Shown here: piece after piece, positions 17,524 through 28,300 of the stretch
Layout: each line of letters begins with the position of its first letter
How positions within the stretch are numbered: the stretch's first letter is position 1
Origin: a virus
Strand: one strand, 5' to 3'
DNA length: 64,000 bases
IMG/VR virus record: IMGVR_UViG_3300045988_162372
Position numbers and translations under genes: made by a program
The notes under the pieces: model-generated
Database searches by the model: none
What the model was told of the DNA's origin: nothing
What the model saw: the letters and a program-made list of their open reading frames with translations, nothing else

Positions 17524-20500
17524 TTATTTGTTTTTTATGTATTCAGCAGCCAAACCATAAGCCTCGTTTAATTCACTGTCCGTCAATTTTATTCCGCCTT
17601 CATTCACTGCAATTTGTTTCGCTATTGCAATACATACATCTTTATCTGCTACAATAGAAGTCAATCTATATGTACTTGGGTTAACATTTGCCGTCCTTGC
17701 AACAGTTTTCACATAATTATCCGTATCATTCTCGTGCGATGGTGCCCAGACGCCGATTAACTTGGCGATTGTGTTATGTCCTCTAATGATTTGTGTATTC
17801 ATATTCACAAACAATGCCCTTAATCCGTATGTCATTGTCTTGAATACTGCAAATCTCGGAGACCATTCAACACCGCCATAGTCAACTCCTTCCCATTGAT
17901 CACTGTTTCTCTTTATATTAGGATAACCAATCCATTGCAGATTACCAGGATTTTTCCTTCTCTTGGTTGCATTGTCCTCTGCATTTACATATCCACTCTC
18001 ACTTGAAGTTGCAGTTCTTATTTGTCCGAAATGGTCTGCGAGTTCTTGGTCTGAGAACAAACGATAATAAGTAAATATATTCCTGAACTGCGTTGTATTA
18101 TTCAATGACATATAATATTTCTTTGCTATTGCCTTATATCCAGGAGGGACATTTGAACTGTAATAAGGAACATTCTTCTTGACTGTTGCAAAGCTTCTAC
18201 CATCATTATTACCTGATAAGAATATTGCGGGTGGGCCTACTGATATTGAATTTCCTCTATATGACAAGTGTAAACAGGTATAATCATTTTTATACCTTCC
18301 ATCCATCCATTTGCTTGCCCCAGTTCCTTCAAATATCAATTGCCCTATTTCGTCTTTATGATTGGTTGCAAGAATATCCATGACTTTGAACATTTTATCT
18401 GCATCCTTTATTCTTGTTCCACGTTTTCCGTTCTTTATAGGAACAATCTGTAAATCTATCGCATTCGGGGCTATTCCACCTCTTGCGTAATTATGTTCAC
18501 TTCTTGAACCGCTATTGCGAACAGCACTACTGATACAGATACTCCAAGTTTCTGTTGGTTTATTTTCTGGAAGTTCTTTAATTTCAGCTACAAGTGTATT
18601 AAATAAATCTTTCAGTTTTTGATACAAATTGACACCATTCATTTGCAATCTTGCGCCATTGCCACTACATATACAATCATTAATAACATCTTCTACGACT
18701 GTTGGTTTCTTGTAACTGTCGGGGAGCGTGATATCTGATATGTTTGAGCTGTATGGATTTGAACCGCTTTCACTTCTATTCATTGGGTCTATGCTGTCTT
18801 TCACTGTACATCCAAAGTAGTAATCAGCACAATATGGCTGTATGTATTTGGACATTTTCTGACCTCTAAACTTTGTTATCATATTTCCTGGTGTCATTGT
18901 ATGTTCCACATGGAATATCATATAAGCACCATGCCACATTGGTATGTTAAGCAATTGGAAATACATCAAAGGTTGTATCTGTGCATTTCCCATCATTTCT
19001 ACCTCACAAGCATAAGAATAATTCTTATAGATGTTAAATATATCCTGTCCATAAAACATTACCCTATGTTCATGGGAAGAACCTAATTCTGCGACATTTG
19101 ACAACACATTTGCCGAAATGCTTGTAATTGCAGGACTATCCATATTCAAAGTTATATTCTTGAATAATTGTTGATTTTGTCTTGCAAACGACACTCCAAA
19201 CGACGGAACGTTATAACCATATCTTGTTTCTATATCAGAAGTATCCTCGTTTGCTCCTTTTGCCTTAAACGGTGATGGTATATCATCTGGTGAATTTATG
19301 TCGAAGCCATCCGCTTTATACCCATTTTCATCTGAAGCTGTCTGTGCATCACCACCAGTCCATATTATAACAAAGTGGTTTTCATCCCTCATCTCGTTCA
19401 TTTGATTATAAGGAATTGGTCTAAAGGCGTTTTCAAGTACCTTTACGTCATCCTCTATTTTCTCATTTCCAAATGTAATAAAATCAGCCAATGAAACAAA
19501 CAAACAGTTATGTTCTTTCGCAATATCTCCTATCACGGAAAACAATGAAGCATTCAGGTCTGACATTCTTTCCTTGAATATATCAAGCAATACATCACAG
19601 TTAATTATGAACTTGTTGTACATGTTTCTGTAAAACTTGTCCATAAACACAAAATTCTTCTTAAAGAAATTATCGACTGAATAATAATCCGCTGACTTGA
19701 TTTGAACAATCCATTTATCATATAGATTTTTTAGATAATAATATATATCAATTGCAATGTTTTTCTTGAAGTTTATCTTATCACTATCTGTTTCATTCAA
19801 TGGATTTGTTGAACTCTTATTGTCTGACATTGCTTTCAATTGATTAGCAAATGCAGTTACATACGAGTTAAAGGTGTCTCTTCTTACATACACTTCTCTT
19901 TGCGCATTGGTTGAGTTCTTTACAAGTCTATATCCAAGTGAATCAATGACAATATCCTTATCATAATACAAGGATTTTAATGTTTCCTGTATCGGGTTGT
20001 CATCCCTAAGCATCAATGAGATTCCGTTAATTGTATCATCATATATATTCACATAAGCATAATTCCCATACAAATTCCCCAATCTATTTCTATAATAACT
20101 CATCATATTGCTTATAGAATATTTGTCATCATACATTCTTTTTCTGAAAAACTTGACAAAAGTATTGACAAACGTATTAGCTGTAAATGGTCTTGTATAT
20201 GCTGTACTTGTATCACTTAAATCTCTAACAAGACCTTCCAATAACTCGCATCTTGACAACACATCCCTGAAATCACCAGTTGCGTAATCCTCAAACATCT
20301 TAATAAGCCTGTTCTCAACGAAGTAATCTAATTCCCAATTTTCTCCGTTATTATAACTGAACAATGTAGATACTGGCACATTGTATTTTCTTCCGTTGAA
20401 ACCACTATCCATTACGTTGAATCTGTATTCACTTCCATCTTTACTAAATAGAGTATAAGCAGTTGTAGGCTGTGTGAAACTAATTGTTCCGTCTGAATAG

Positions 20501-23500
20501 ATAATCGGGTCGTCACCGTTATGTTTTGACACATATCTGTTTCTCCATAATAACGCTCCTAAAAACAAAAGATAGCCATGAGGAACTGCCTCTATGCTTC
20601 CATTCCTTTTGTCCTTATTTAAGAAATTAGCCTTGTAGTTTTCATAATTGTATTTGAAACTATGTAAGAATAATAAAGCCTTTACTTTTACACATCTATC
20701 ATTGTAGGTATTATCATCTTCACCCGCTTTCCTATTGTTTTGCATATAATAAAATGCATGACCAAACAAACTATATGGATTGGTAACATTGTTGTAATAC
20801 AATTTTATTTGATGTATCCTTAAATCGTCCCTTGAAAGGCTTTCAACTGTCTGTGTCTGTTTCCCGTCATTTCCTTGTGTTATTTTGGTACGCTTGTATT
20901 CTCCATTCTCACTATATGTGATACCATTTGTCTTATCACAGTCAATCCAACTTGTATCTCTTAAATTGAGAGGGTCTGCTCCACCATCTTTTTCTTTCGG
21001 AAATAAATTCTTGCTATCAAATCCATATGAAGTCGTATTTACGGTAAATACTTGTGTACTGTTTGCAAAATAATTATAATATTTGTCATCACTGACAAAC
21101 CAACATTTGTTCAATATAGGTGTGAAATCGTCCTTTGATGAATATTCCACCATATCAACGCTCCCCTTTTTAAGTTCTTCGTATCTGTTTATTACATCGT
21201 TAACAAATGTCCTGCTTGTTGATATGTTGAACAAATCATCATTGTAATAATTTTCCTTAACACTTACATCTTCTCCAACTAATAAATCGTCTGTAATTGC
21301 CCTATGAATAAAATTCTTGGCTTTATACATATTTGATTCACTACCGAACTGAGGCATAAAATAAGCGTTACCATTTCCATCGTTCCTGTAAACAAATTGT
21401 CTGCTATAATTGTCGAATTCGTCCAATTTTGCAGGTATTAATGAAATGCTGTTACTATCATAATATCTTGAGAATACATATCTATCCGAATACCTACTTG
21501 ATTGTGTCAATATAGGACATCTCTGTTTGTCGTTGTATTCAGATTTTATCTCGATGTCTGTCTCAAATCTTTGTCTTGTTTTACCAGTACTTTGATAAGT
21601 AATGCCAAAACAATCCGCTGAACTATCACAGGTCGTAATATTCTGTAATGCTGTGGCTGCATTTGTTGAACCTAATACATCAAATATTTCATTCTGTATG
21701 GCAGAGGATGATCCTAATGCCTGATAATAGTTGTATGCATCCATTCTTCCTATCAATGAAATCATTTCGTTTGATAGGTTTCCTGTATAATTTTCATTAA
21801 ATAGAATTCCAAATATCTGTGCTGCACGTATTCCTAAATATCCACTAAGAGAACTTACATCCAATTGTGTTGTATTTGCGAAAGGATTATTTGCACTATT
21901 CAAGTCGGCAGGCAATATTGGGAATAATTTAATACTTGTCTTATTGTCATTCTCTGATTTTTCCTCATCCATAATTCTTGAAACGGCTTTCCAAATGCTC
22001 AACACAACCTTTTCTTCCAAGAAATTATGGCTGAAATCACCTACCCATCCCAATACATAGTTGTCGGTATCCTCATTACCGCTTTCTTGTGCAGGTGTTC
22101 CCTTTGTATATATTGCAGGGAACGGTGGAACTTTATCTGCATTGATAACATCTGTATCTGTTATGTTTATTCCAAGATTACCAGGACTTCTTGTATTGTC
22201 TGAATTATATATATCCATCTTGCATTGATACATGATATGTATGAATGTTTCAAGATGTGCCATAATCATTTTGAAGATATTTCCGATTGTGGGTTTAAAT
22301 GGCAATGCTTCAATCCTTGCTTCCATCATCTGTTTATTAATTTTATCCTGCAACAGATTATATTCTTCGTTTAATGAAGCTACCCTATTTGCTACCAAAT
22401 TACTTAAATCTCCTAAATCAAAAAAACATCCATATTGTTTTATATTCTGACTATATGGCTTTGTTGTTATCATATTTGCAATACTTTTAGCCATATCATC
22501 AGTCAAATCTGTTATTCCTTTACTTGTCTTGAATTTAATATTAGTTTTTATATCCTGTTCTGCCTTACTTTGGCATCCAACAATCTTTACATCTTCAATT
22601 ACATTGCTATTTGTACTTCCGTCTGTCGTAATGTCGAAAATTCTAATCAGTGTAAGCGTATCAATGCTTCTCATGGCTGAATTTCTACCATTCGGAAACT
22701 CATTTGTTGAAATCGAATGTTCTGAATACTTTTGGTTATAATCATTCAGCTTGGTTATCAATTGTTCGTGCGCCCTATATATGTTTTGTGTAACATTTCT
22801 TGACGGATTTGTATCAGCATTGTTTGCTTGCGCATACATCAAGAATAATTGTGTATGTTTCTTGTTGTTTCCTTCATCTTGAGTGGATAAAATGTAACAA
22901 CCGCCTGAATCTTCCTGTAATGCCTTTACAAAATTATCATATAACGTGCTTATTTCATTCAAAGCACTTCTTTCTCCTGATAAATCTCTTAATTTCTTGT
23001 CATCTTCCTCATTTACGGCTGTTTCTTCGCTTCTTTCAATAGTATGGCTTTCAATTGTATTCATTAGTTCGTGAATTTTCACCATCGGTTTCCCGTCCAA
23101 CTGCCAAGATGGAGTATTTACGTGAGAATCCCAATATTTTCTTCCCTCATAAGAGCAGAAAGGTGCTGCAACTAAATAAACAAAAGGAATATCTGTAAGT
23201 AAAGCGTAATTATATCCTATAAATGTGGCTGTGAACTCAAAATTTCCGTTTTGAGAGTTAAAACTTCCCCTGAAATTAGAACAAGTAAGCTGATAAGTAA
23301 CTGCTTTTCCATAAAATCCCTTAACTTGCAACTTGAATTTTGGGTATGGTTGTATAAAAAAGCAACCGAATACGTTGTCTGCTGATATTTTCCCCTCTTC
23401 ATGTATTGCAGATTCTTTTCCAAACAAAGATGCACCTCTTACATCAACAAATTTAATCGTAATTGTAGGTGTATAGAAACTTTCAAAAACAATATTAACA

Positions 23501-23874
23501 CTTTCAACACCAATTCCTTCAACAATTTTCTTCCCCTTAACATCTTCATAGACAATATCAGTGTAGTATGTTGAAAGATATGAATTTCCATCCTTATCTT
23601 TAACACCACCCTCCATAAATGACTGCCATTTAGAATCACCCCTATTCCATGCACCCCAAGAAATGCTTATTGCATTTTGGTTATTAGCTGAATTACTACC
23701 AGTCGTTTCGTTTTTATTAAAACGACTCACAATTTCTGCAATAAGATTAAATCCTATGCAATAATCTTCATAATTTGGAGTTAAAGGAACACCATTTATA
23801 CTTCCATATATATCATTTGGTTCTACATACGCTATTCTGTTAGCTACTTTCTTTGCTTTTGTTTCCTCAGCCAT
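17524..23874 (-). CDS. giant virion (tail/baseplate-associated) protein with possible C-terminal cell-wall hydrolase modules
   Basis: 2116-aa uninterrupted ORF in the tail gene neighbourhood. The C-terminal ~450 aa include SEHNYARGGIAPNAIDL...CLHLSY, which loosely resembles the LAS/M15 peptidase pattern SxHxxGxAxD...H. An NPGNLQW...VWAPSHENDT segment resembles motifs I associate with phage virion-associated wall-degrading proteins. Both domain guesses are tentative. Confidence 0.55.
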   Translation of the reverse strand: MAEETKAKKVANRIAYVEPNDIYGSINGVPLTPNYEDYCIGFNLIAEIVSRFNKNETTGSNSANNQNAISISWGAWNRGDSKWQSFMEGGVKDKDGNSYLSTYYTDIVYEDVKGKKIVEGIGVESVNIVFESFYTPTITIKFVDVRGASLFGKESAIHEEGKISADNVFGCFFIQPYPKFKLQVKGFYGKAVTYQLTCSNFRGSFNSQNGNFEFTATFIGYNYALLTDIPFVYLVAAPFCSYEGRKYWDSHVNTPSWQLDGKPMVKIHELMNTIESHTIERSEETAVNEEDDKKLRDLSGERSALNEISTLYDNFVKALQEDSGGCYILSTQDEGNNKKHTQLFLMYAQANNADTNPSRNVTQNIYRAHEQLITKLNDYNQKYSEHSISTNEFPNGRNSAMRSIDTLTLIRIFDITTDGSTNSNVIEDVKIVGCQSKAEQDIKTNIKFKTSKGITDLTDDMAKSIANMITTKPYSQNIKQYGCFFDLGDLSNLVANRVASLNEEYNLLQDKINKQMMEARIEALPFKPTIGNIFKMIMAHLETFIHIMYQCKMDIYNSDNTRSPGNLGINITDTDVINADKVPPFPAIYTKGTPAQESGNEDTDNYVLGWVGDFSHNFLEEKVVLSIWKAVSRIMDEEKSENDNKTSIKLFPILPADLNSANNPFANTTQLDVSSLSGYLGIRAAQIFGILFNENYTGNLSNEMISLIGRMDAYNYYQALGSSSAIQNEIFDVLGSTNAATALQNITTCDSSADCFGITYQSTGKTRQRFETDIEIKSEYNDKQRCPILTQSSRYSDRYVFSRYYDSNSISLIPAKLDEFDNYSRQFVYRNDGNGNAYFMPQFGSESNMYKAKNFIHRAITDDLLVGEDVSVKENYYNDDLFNISTSRTFVNDVINRYEELKKGSVDMVEYSSKDDFTPILNKCWFVSDDKYYNYFANSTQVFTVNTTSYGFDSKNLFPKEKDGGADPLNLRDTSWIDCDKTNGITYSENGEYKRTKITQGNDGKQTQTVESLSRDDLRIHQIKLYYNNVTNPYSLFGHAFYYMQNNRKAGEDDNTYNDRCVKVKALLFLHSFKYNYENYKANFLNKDKRNGSIEAVPHGYLLFLGALLWRNRYVSKHNGDDPIIYSDGTISFTQPTTAYTLFSKDGSEYRFNVMDSGFNGRKYNVPVSTLFSYNNGENWELDYFVENRLIKMFEDYATGDFRDVLSRCELLEGLVRDLSDTSTAYTRPFTANTFVNTFVKFFRKRMYDDKYSISNMMSYYRNRLGNLYGNYAYVNIYDDTINGISLMLRDDNPIQETLKSLYYDKDIVIDSLGYRLVKNSTNAQREVYVRRDTFNSYVTAFANQLKAMSDNKSSTNPLNETDSDKINFKKNIAIDIYYYLKNLYDKWIVQIKSADYYSVDNFFKKNFVFMDKFYRNMYNKFIINCDVLLDIFKERMSDLNASLFSVIGDIAKEHNCLFVSLADFITFGNEKIEDDVKVLENAFRPIPYNQMNEMRDENHFVIIWTGGDAQTASDENGYKADGFDINSPDDIPSPFKAKGANEDTSDIETRYGYNVPSFGVSFARQNQQLFKNITLNMDSPAITSISANVLSNVAELGSSHEHRVMFYGQDIFNIYKNYSYACEVEMMGNAQIQPLMYFQLLNIPMWHGAYMIFHVEHTMTPGNMITKFRGQKMSKYIQPYCADYYFGCTVKDSIDPMNRSESGSNPYSSNISDITLPDSYKKPTVVEDVINDCICSGNGARLQMNGVNLYQKLKDLFNTLVAEIKELPENKPTETWSICISSAVRNSGSRSEHNYARGGIAPNAIDLQIVPIKNGKRGTRIKDADKMFKVMDILATNHKDEIGQLIFEGTGASKWMDGRYKNDYTCLHLSYRGNSISVGPPAIFLSGNNDGRSFATVKKNVPYYSSNVPPGYKAIAKKYYMSLNNTTQFRNIFTYYRLFSDQELADHFGQIRTATSSESGYVNAEDNATKRRKNPGNLQWIGYPNIKRNSDQWEGVDYGGVEWSPRFAVFKTMTYGLRALFVNMNTQIIRGHNTIAKLIGVWAPSHENDTDNYVKTVARTANVNPSTYRLTSIVADKDVCIAIAKQIAVNEGGIKLTDSELNEAYGLAAEYIKNK

Positions 23875-23912
23875 CTTTCTTCACTTACTTTTTTAATAAA
23901 AAATGCGGTAAT

Positions 23913-23947
23913 GAATACTATCTACCAACTTATAAAGATAAGTATTC
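23913..23947 (-). terminator. possible hairpin terminator after the moron gene
   Basis: GAATACTATCT (23913..23923) pairs with AGATAAGTATTC (23936..23947), with a 1-nt bulge. The U-run begins only about 9 nt further on the minus strand. Confidence 0.3.
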
Positions 23948-23981
23948 AAAACCACATTTTCAACGATTGATTTCTTATGTA

Positions 23982-24929
23982 TTATTCAGGCACATATTCA
24001 ATCTTGATTTTTGCATTATTCCTGAAATTTCCTTTACTTATATAATCTACTTGCACAATATTTCCTTTTGTATCGTATTTGTAAGTAATATCATATTTTC
24101 TACGGTTTATATCCATCTGTGTTGCCAAATACTTCTCCCTGATGCCAACCCATTCAGTAAAATATAGAATATTGCAGAGTAAATCATCATTACTTGACAA
24201 ACATATTTCTCTACAATTCAATAGACCATTCAGACAAACGTTTGTGTCATTGATTGAATCTAAATAAAGAAAACTTATCTTAGTTCCATAATATTTTCTA
24301 TTTAAATTTGGTAGACTTTCGTTAAACTCATCTTCTGTGTATAAAGGGGCATATCTTTCTTCCATTTCAGGGGTTAATGAATAATGTATTTTATTCATAG
24401 ACCAACATCCATCTATAAATTTAATATGATTGCCAGTAATGCCTGGGTCATAACACCATACATTATTTTCTATCCATGAAGTATATTTCTGTATTTCCAA
24501 AATTGTATCATTAAAATATATGAAATCATTTGATACTCTATATATCTTTTGTAATTCAGTATATTCAAGTACATCAAAATGTGTCAGCTTAGAGTTTTCT
24601 CCAAACTTGTAATCATACTTATATCTATTATATGGTTTTCCATTCATATATGATTTTTGAATGATACTATTTTCGTTTCTTTCCAAAATATCCTTATATA
24701 CATCAATATACGATGTCCTATCAAGATTATAATGTTTTTCCTTGTAAGTAAAAATAAATTTGCTTAATTTGTTGTCTTTATATATAAACTCTGCGTCAAA
24801 GCAAATATTCCCATTGTTGACTGATAATTTACTCACCATCTTTAAACTATCAGAATTTAACCTCTGAGAGTAAAGATTTACCGATAATAAACACAAAATA
24901 AAAAATAATACTTTCTTCATAACCTTCAT
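23982..24929 (-). CDS. secreted protein with N-terminal signal peptide (moron)
   Basis: MKVMKKVLFFILCLLSVNLYS/Q is a typical signal peptide with Gln at +1, as in Bacteroidota signal-peptidase-I substrates. The C-terminal ITYKYDTKGNIVQVDY resembles a YD-repeat unit. The gene has its own host-type promoter and a downstream hairpin. Confidence 0.6.
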   Translation of the reverse strand: MKVMKKVLFFILCLLSVNLYSQRLNSDSLKMVSKLSVNNGNICFDAEFIYKDNKLSKFIFTYKEKHYNLDRTSYIDVYKDILERNENSIIQKSYMNGKPYNRYKYDYKFGENSKLTHFDVLEYTELQKIYRVSNDFIYFNDTILEIQKYTSWIENNVWCYDPGITGNHIKFIDGCWSMNKIHYSLTPEMEERYAPLYTEDEFNESLPNLNRKYYGTKISFLYLDSINDTNVCLNGLLNCREICLSSNDDLLCNILYFTEWVGIREKYLATQMDINRRKYDITYKYDTKGNIVQVDYISKGNFRNNAKIKIEYVPE

Positions 24930-24948
24930 ATATTTTTGTTTAACAGTG

Positions 24949-24980
24949 CAAAGATAAGTATTATTCTTTATAATTCCAAA
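24949..24980 (-). promoter_or_regulatory. Bacteroidota sigmaA-type promoter for the moron gene
   Basis: Minus-strand TATCTTTG is at 24956..24949 and TTTG at 24980..24977, 20 nt apart. The -7 box lies 19 nt from the ATG. Confidence 0.65.
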
Positions 24981-24999
24981 TTTTTATAGTTAAAAGAAG

Positions 25000-25317
25000 T
25001 TAAATATTCTCGTTTTTGTATTTTTGAATACCTTCTTCATATCTTGTCTTGGCTGTAGTAAGTGGATACGGTATCCTTAACGGAACTCCGTCAGGTATTG
25101 AGAATTCAATTGAACCATATTGAGGATTTGCTTGCATAATAAGCCATCCATAATTAGGGTCTCCGTAATATTTGTATGACAATGTATCCATTCTCATAGT
25201 TGATTTATTGAAAGTAATGTTTATATCTGTCGCAGATACATCAATTTCAATAAAAGGAACTATACTTATATTACCATCACTTCTAAAACTTTCATATCTA
25301 TCATAATAATCATTCAT
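25000..25317 (-). CDS. LysM-like tail/baseplate protein (P2 gpX / T4 gp53-like)
   Basis: DTLSYKYYGDPNYGWLIMQANPQYGSIEFSIPDGVPLRIP fits the LysM / Phage_tail_X pattern (DTL..ia..YG.....I...N......l..G..l.iP). Confidence 0.55.
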   Translation of the reverse strand: MNDYYDRYESFRSDGNISIVPFIEIDVSATDINITFNKSTMRMDTLSYKYYGDPNYGWLIMQANPQYGSIEFSIPDGVPLRIPYPLTTAKTRYEEGIQKYKNENI

Positions 25318-25319
25318 CT

Positions 25320-28300
25320 TTATATTGTTCTATCATTTATGTTTTTATTATATGCTTGTGTAATATAAAATTCACTCGAATCTTCTTTTATATCATTACC
25401 TAATGCCCCCTGTTCTTTACTATATTCTTTTCCTATGTTGTATTCCATTCTGTCTGACCTGTTATCGAACAGAGAGTTGTTGCTATAGAAATTGAACGTC
25501 ATGGCATTTTGTAATCTTCTTACTGGGCCTGTCATATCACCACCGCCAATAAATTTGAAACTTATTGTAACATTTGCCAATAACGGAATAACACCAGCTC
25601 CACCTTCCGTATTTAAATCCCACATTAATGGTTCGTAATTTATTGAAATATTATCAATAACAATCATTTGATTGTAAAAATCACCCAATCTTAAAACGCA
25701 AAAAGGAGGTCTTCCAAATGCTAAATTAGAAGCTGTGTTGTTTGGTGTCATTGAATTTGTAGTGTCAGAAGCACCTATTGTATTTCCTTGTCTTGTACAT
25801 TGCTGTAAAAATGTCAATCTTGCAGAAAATCCTTCTGGTGTCATTGAGTGAAAGGCGGGGTCAAAATATTGTATCTTATCCATCAATCTATCGAATATGA
25901 TAGGGTCTGTTTGTTTCAATGCCTTGAAAAAATAATATTCTTGGTCATATCTAACAGTATTATTTTCCTGTGACCTTTCTTGTGATTCACTTGTCTGTGT
26001 TTCATTTATACCTACAAGATTGTTATTACTATCAACATCTACCATAACAAGTTCTCCGTAATGAGAGCTATTTTTATCTGTCACTTCTATCCATTTATTA
26101 CCGTTGCTGTCTTCATAATAAGTCTTACCATTGGTGGATGTTTTTGTTTCATAACCTATATATTTTTGATTACTGTTAGATACAGTATTACCACTCCCGT
26201 CTATTGTTGATTGGATTGTTTCAGACTGTTTTACTGTCGTACTATTTTTTAATACAATAGACATTTTTGCAGATCTATATTTCTTTGAATCTTTTTCCGA
26301 AACATCTTGTGTGCTAACTCTTTTTGATGGGTCGGGATTAACAACTTCTTTTGTACCACTTAGACTACTTTTCTTTTCATTATTGAACCAATTAACAACA
26401 GTTTCTATTCTTTGCATTGCAAGTAAATAATTTCTATTTGTATTAACTTGACCACTTGCATTGTTACCATGAGAATTAGAATAACCTATACCATTGATAT
26501 TTGTAATTTCATAATTATCCAATATATCTTTTAAGGTTTCGACTCTTTCTTGTGATACCCCTTTATTGTTGATAAGATAATTTCTAATATCATCCGAATT
26601 AGCAATAGCTGCTGCTACTTCAGCAAATGAATATATATATTCATTGTCTGTTTCATTGAAAATTTCTTTAACAGCATCTGCATTTACATTTAATCCGTAA
26701 TCTTCACTATCTTCATAGTTTGCATTAACCAATAAAGTTTGGTCATAAGTATTTTTATTTACATCCCCCCTACTTGGAACTTCATATTTACCATCAATTC
26801 TATAATACCATCTTTTTGTAGTGCTTGCAGGATATGTCTTTGTATTTTTATTTAACGCAGTTCTCCAAGCCATTCTTGTACCTATAATAGGCCCAGTTCT
26901 ACTATCGCTCCTATCTGTTACATACCCTTGACCCATTTCATAGCCATGACCATTGAAATTATTCATACTTTCATAATTAAATTGTAATGAATAATCTTCA
27001 TAAGGATTTTCATTCTTTTTCTGTGCATTTGAACCACATAATAGATATGCCATTGCCTCTACAGATTCTCCAATAGTATCATATACACCAGAATAATTAT
27101 TAGGGTAGAAAACATAGAATGTTATCTCTTTAATATCCTCTGGTATTTCAGGTTCAACTGGTGGTGGATCTAATTTTACAGGGTCTGCTTTTGTGTAAGT
27201 ATTAGTAAATTCGGGTTCTGTATATTCATCAGTCAAAGGTGTAGGTTTTACCGCATCTTTTATAGTTCCATCATCACATCCTGCAAAGAAACGTAACAAA
27301 TCGCTATCAGATATGCTATTCTCTTTTCCATTTCCCTTTCCACCATGCCATGAAACATAGTCAATTATTGACGGGTGGTCAACTACCATAAGAAAACTTA
27401 AATTTCCACTCCTTATAGTATTCGTATAAGTATAAACATCTTCACCCCTACCTATGAATGTATGGTTAGTCCAATTTGCTTGTGTTGTTTCATTGAATTG
27501 TATTCCATAAGGAGGAAACCACATTATTCTTCCACCCATAGGCCCACGTTGTTCCCAAGATAAAGCTCTTTCAAAACTATATGGATCATAGCCTTTCCAA
27601 GCAAGATTTTCTATTGAGAACATACATTGTTTTGCATGTATCTTCTTGTCTTGTTCAGAATTGAATTTAGGAGCTATGTTTACAAAACCATTGCTGTTCA
27701 ATACAGAATAATCCCATCTTGAATTATCTTTTTTCCAATAAGCGTTTGCTCCTTCACTAAACGAATCCCAATCATTAAAATCTCTTCTACTTTCAACGGA
27801 TACATTTTCATTATCACCTCTTTTACCACTAATCGTGATAAATGGACGTATTAATCTACTAAGTCTATTATATTGATAATGGTGAGTCCATACACGACAA
27901 TAAGGATTATTATATCCATTAACATTATAAAAACCTGTACCACCATCAAATTCAGCTTCTTTAAGAAGAAGATTCCTGCCGTGTGACATTCCATATTGAG
28001 ATTTAGCGTCAGTATCATCTGTTACACCACCTTCTCCATGACTTGTACAGAAACCAGATATAATGGTATTTATCTTGTTTGCATTAAATAGATTTTTAGT
28101 CTTCGATAGAATACTATCCCTATTTACAGCTTGCCATTTATGATTAGAATATCGTCCTTCAAGTCTATTAAGCTCATCTGGGACGAGATTTTGTGTTCGG
28201 GTATATAATTCATTACCGTTGCCATAATCATTGAAAGAAGACGGATTTACATCAGTTTTACGCACATAGTCATCGTATCTATACTGCATATAGTTCTTAA

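Noticed and set aside
23217-23654. Same-strand out-of-frame ORFs inside larger genes (23217..23435 and 23439..23654 in the 2116-aa gene; also 45913..46104 in dut, 13619..13828 in the recombinase and 32376..32633 in the tape measure).
   Set aside because: They are fully nested in alternative frames of strongly supported genes, with no independent signals.
23933-23940. Near-consensus -7 box (minus-strand TATCTTTA) upstream of the 2116-aa gene.
   Set aside because: The invariant terminal G of TAnnTTTG is missing, and the sequence forms part of the hairpin after the moron gene. I do not call it a promoter.
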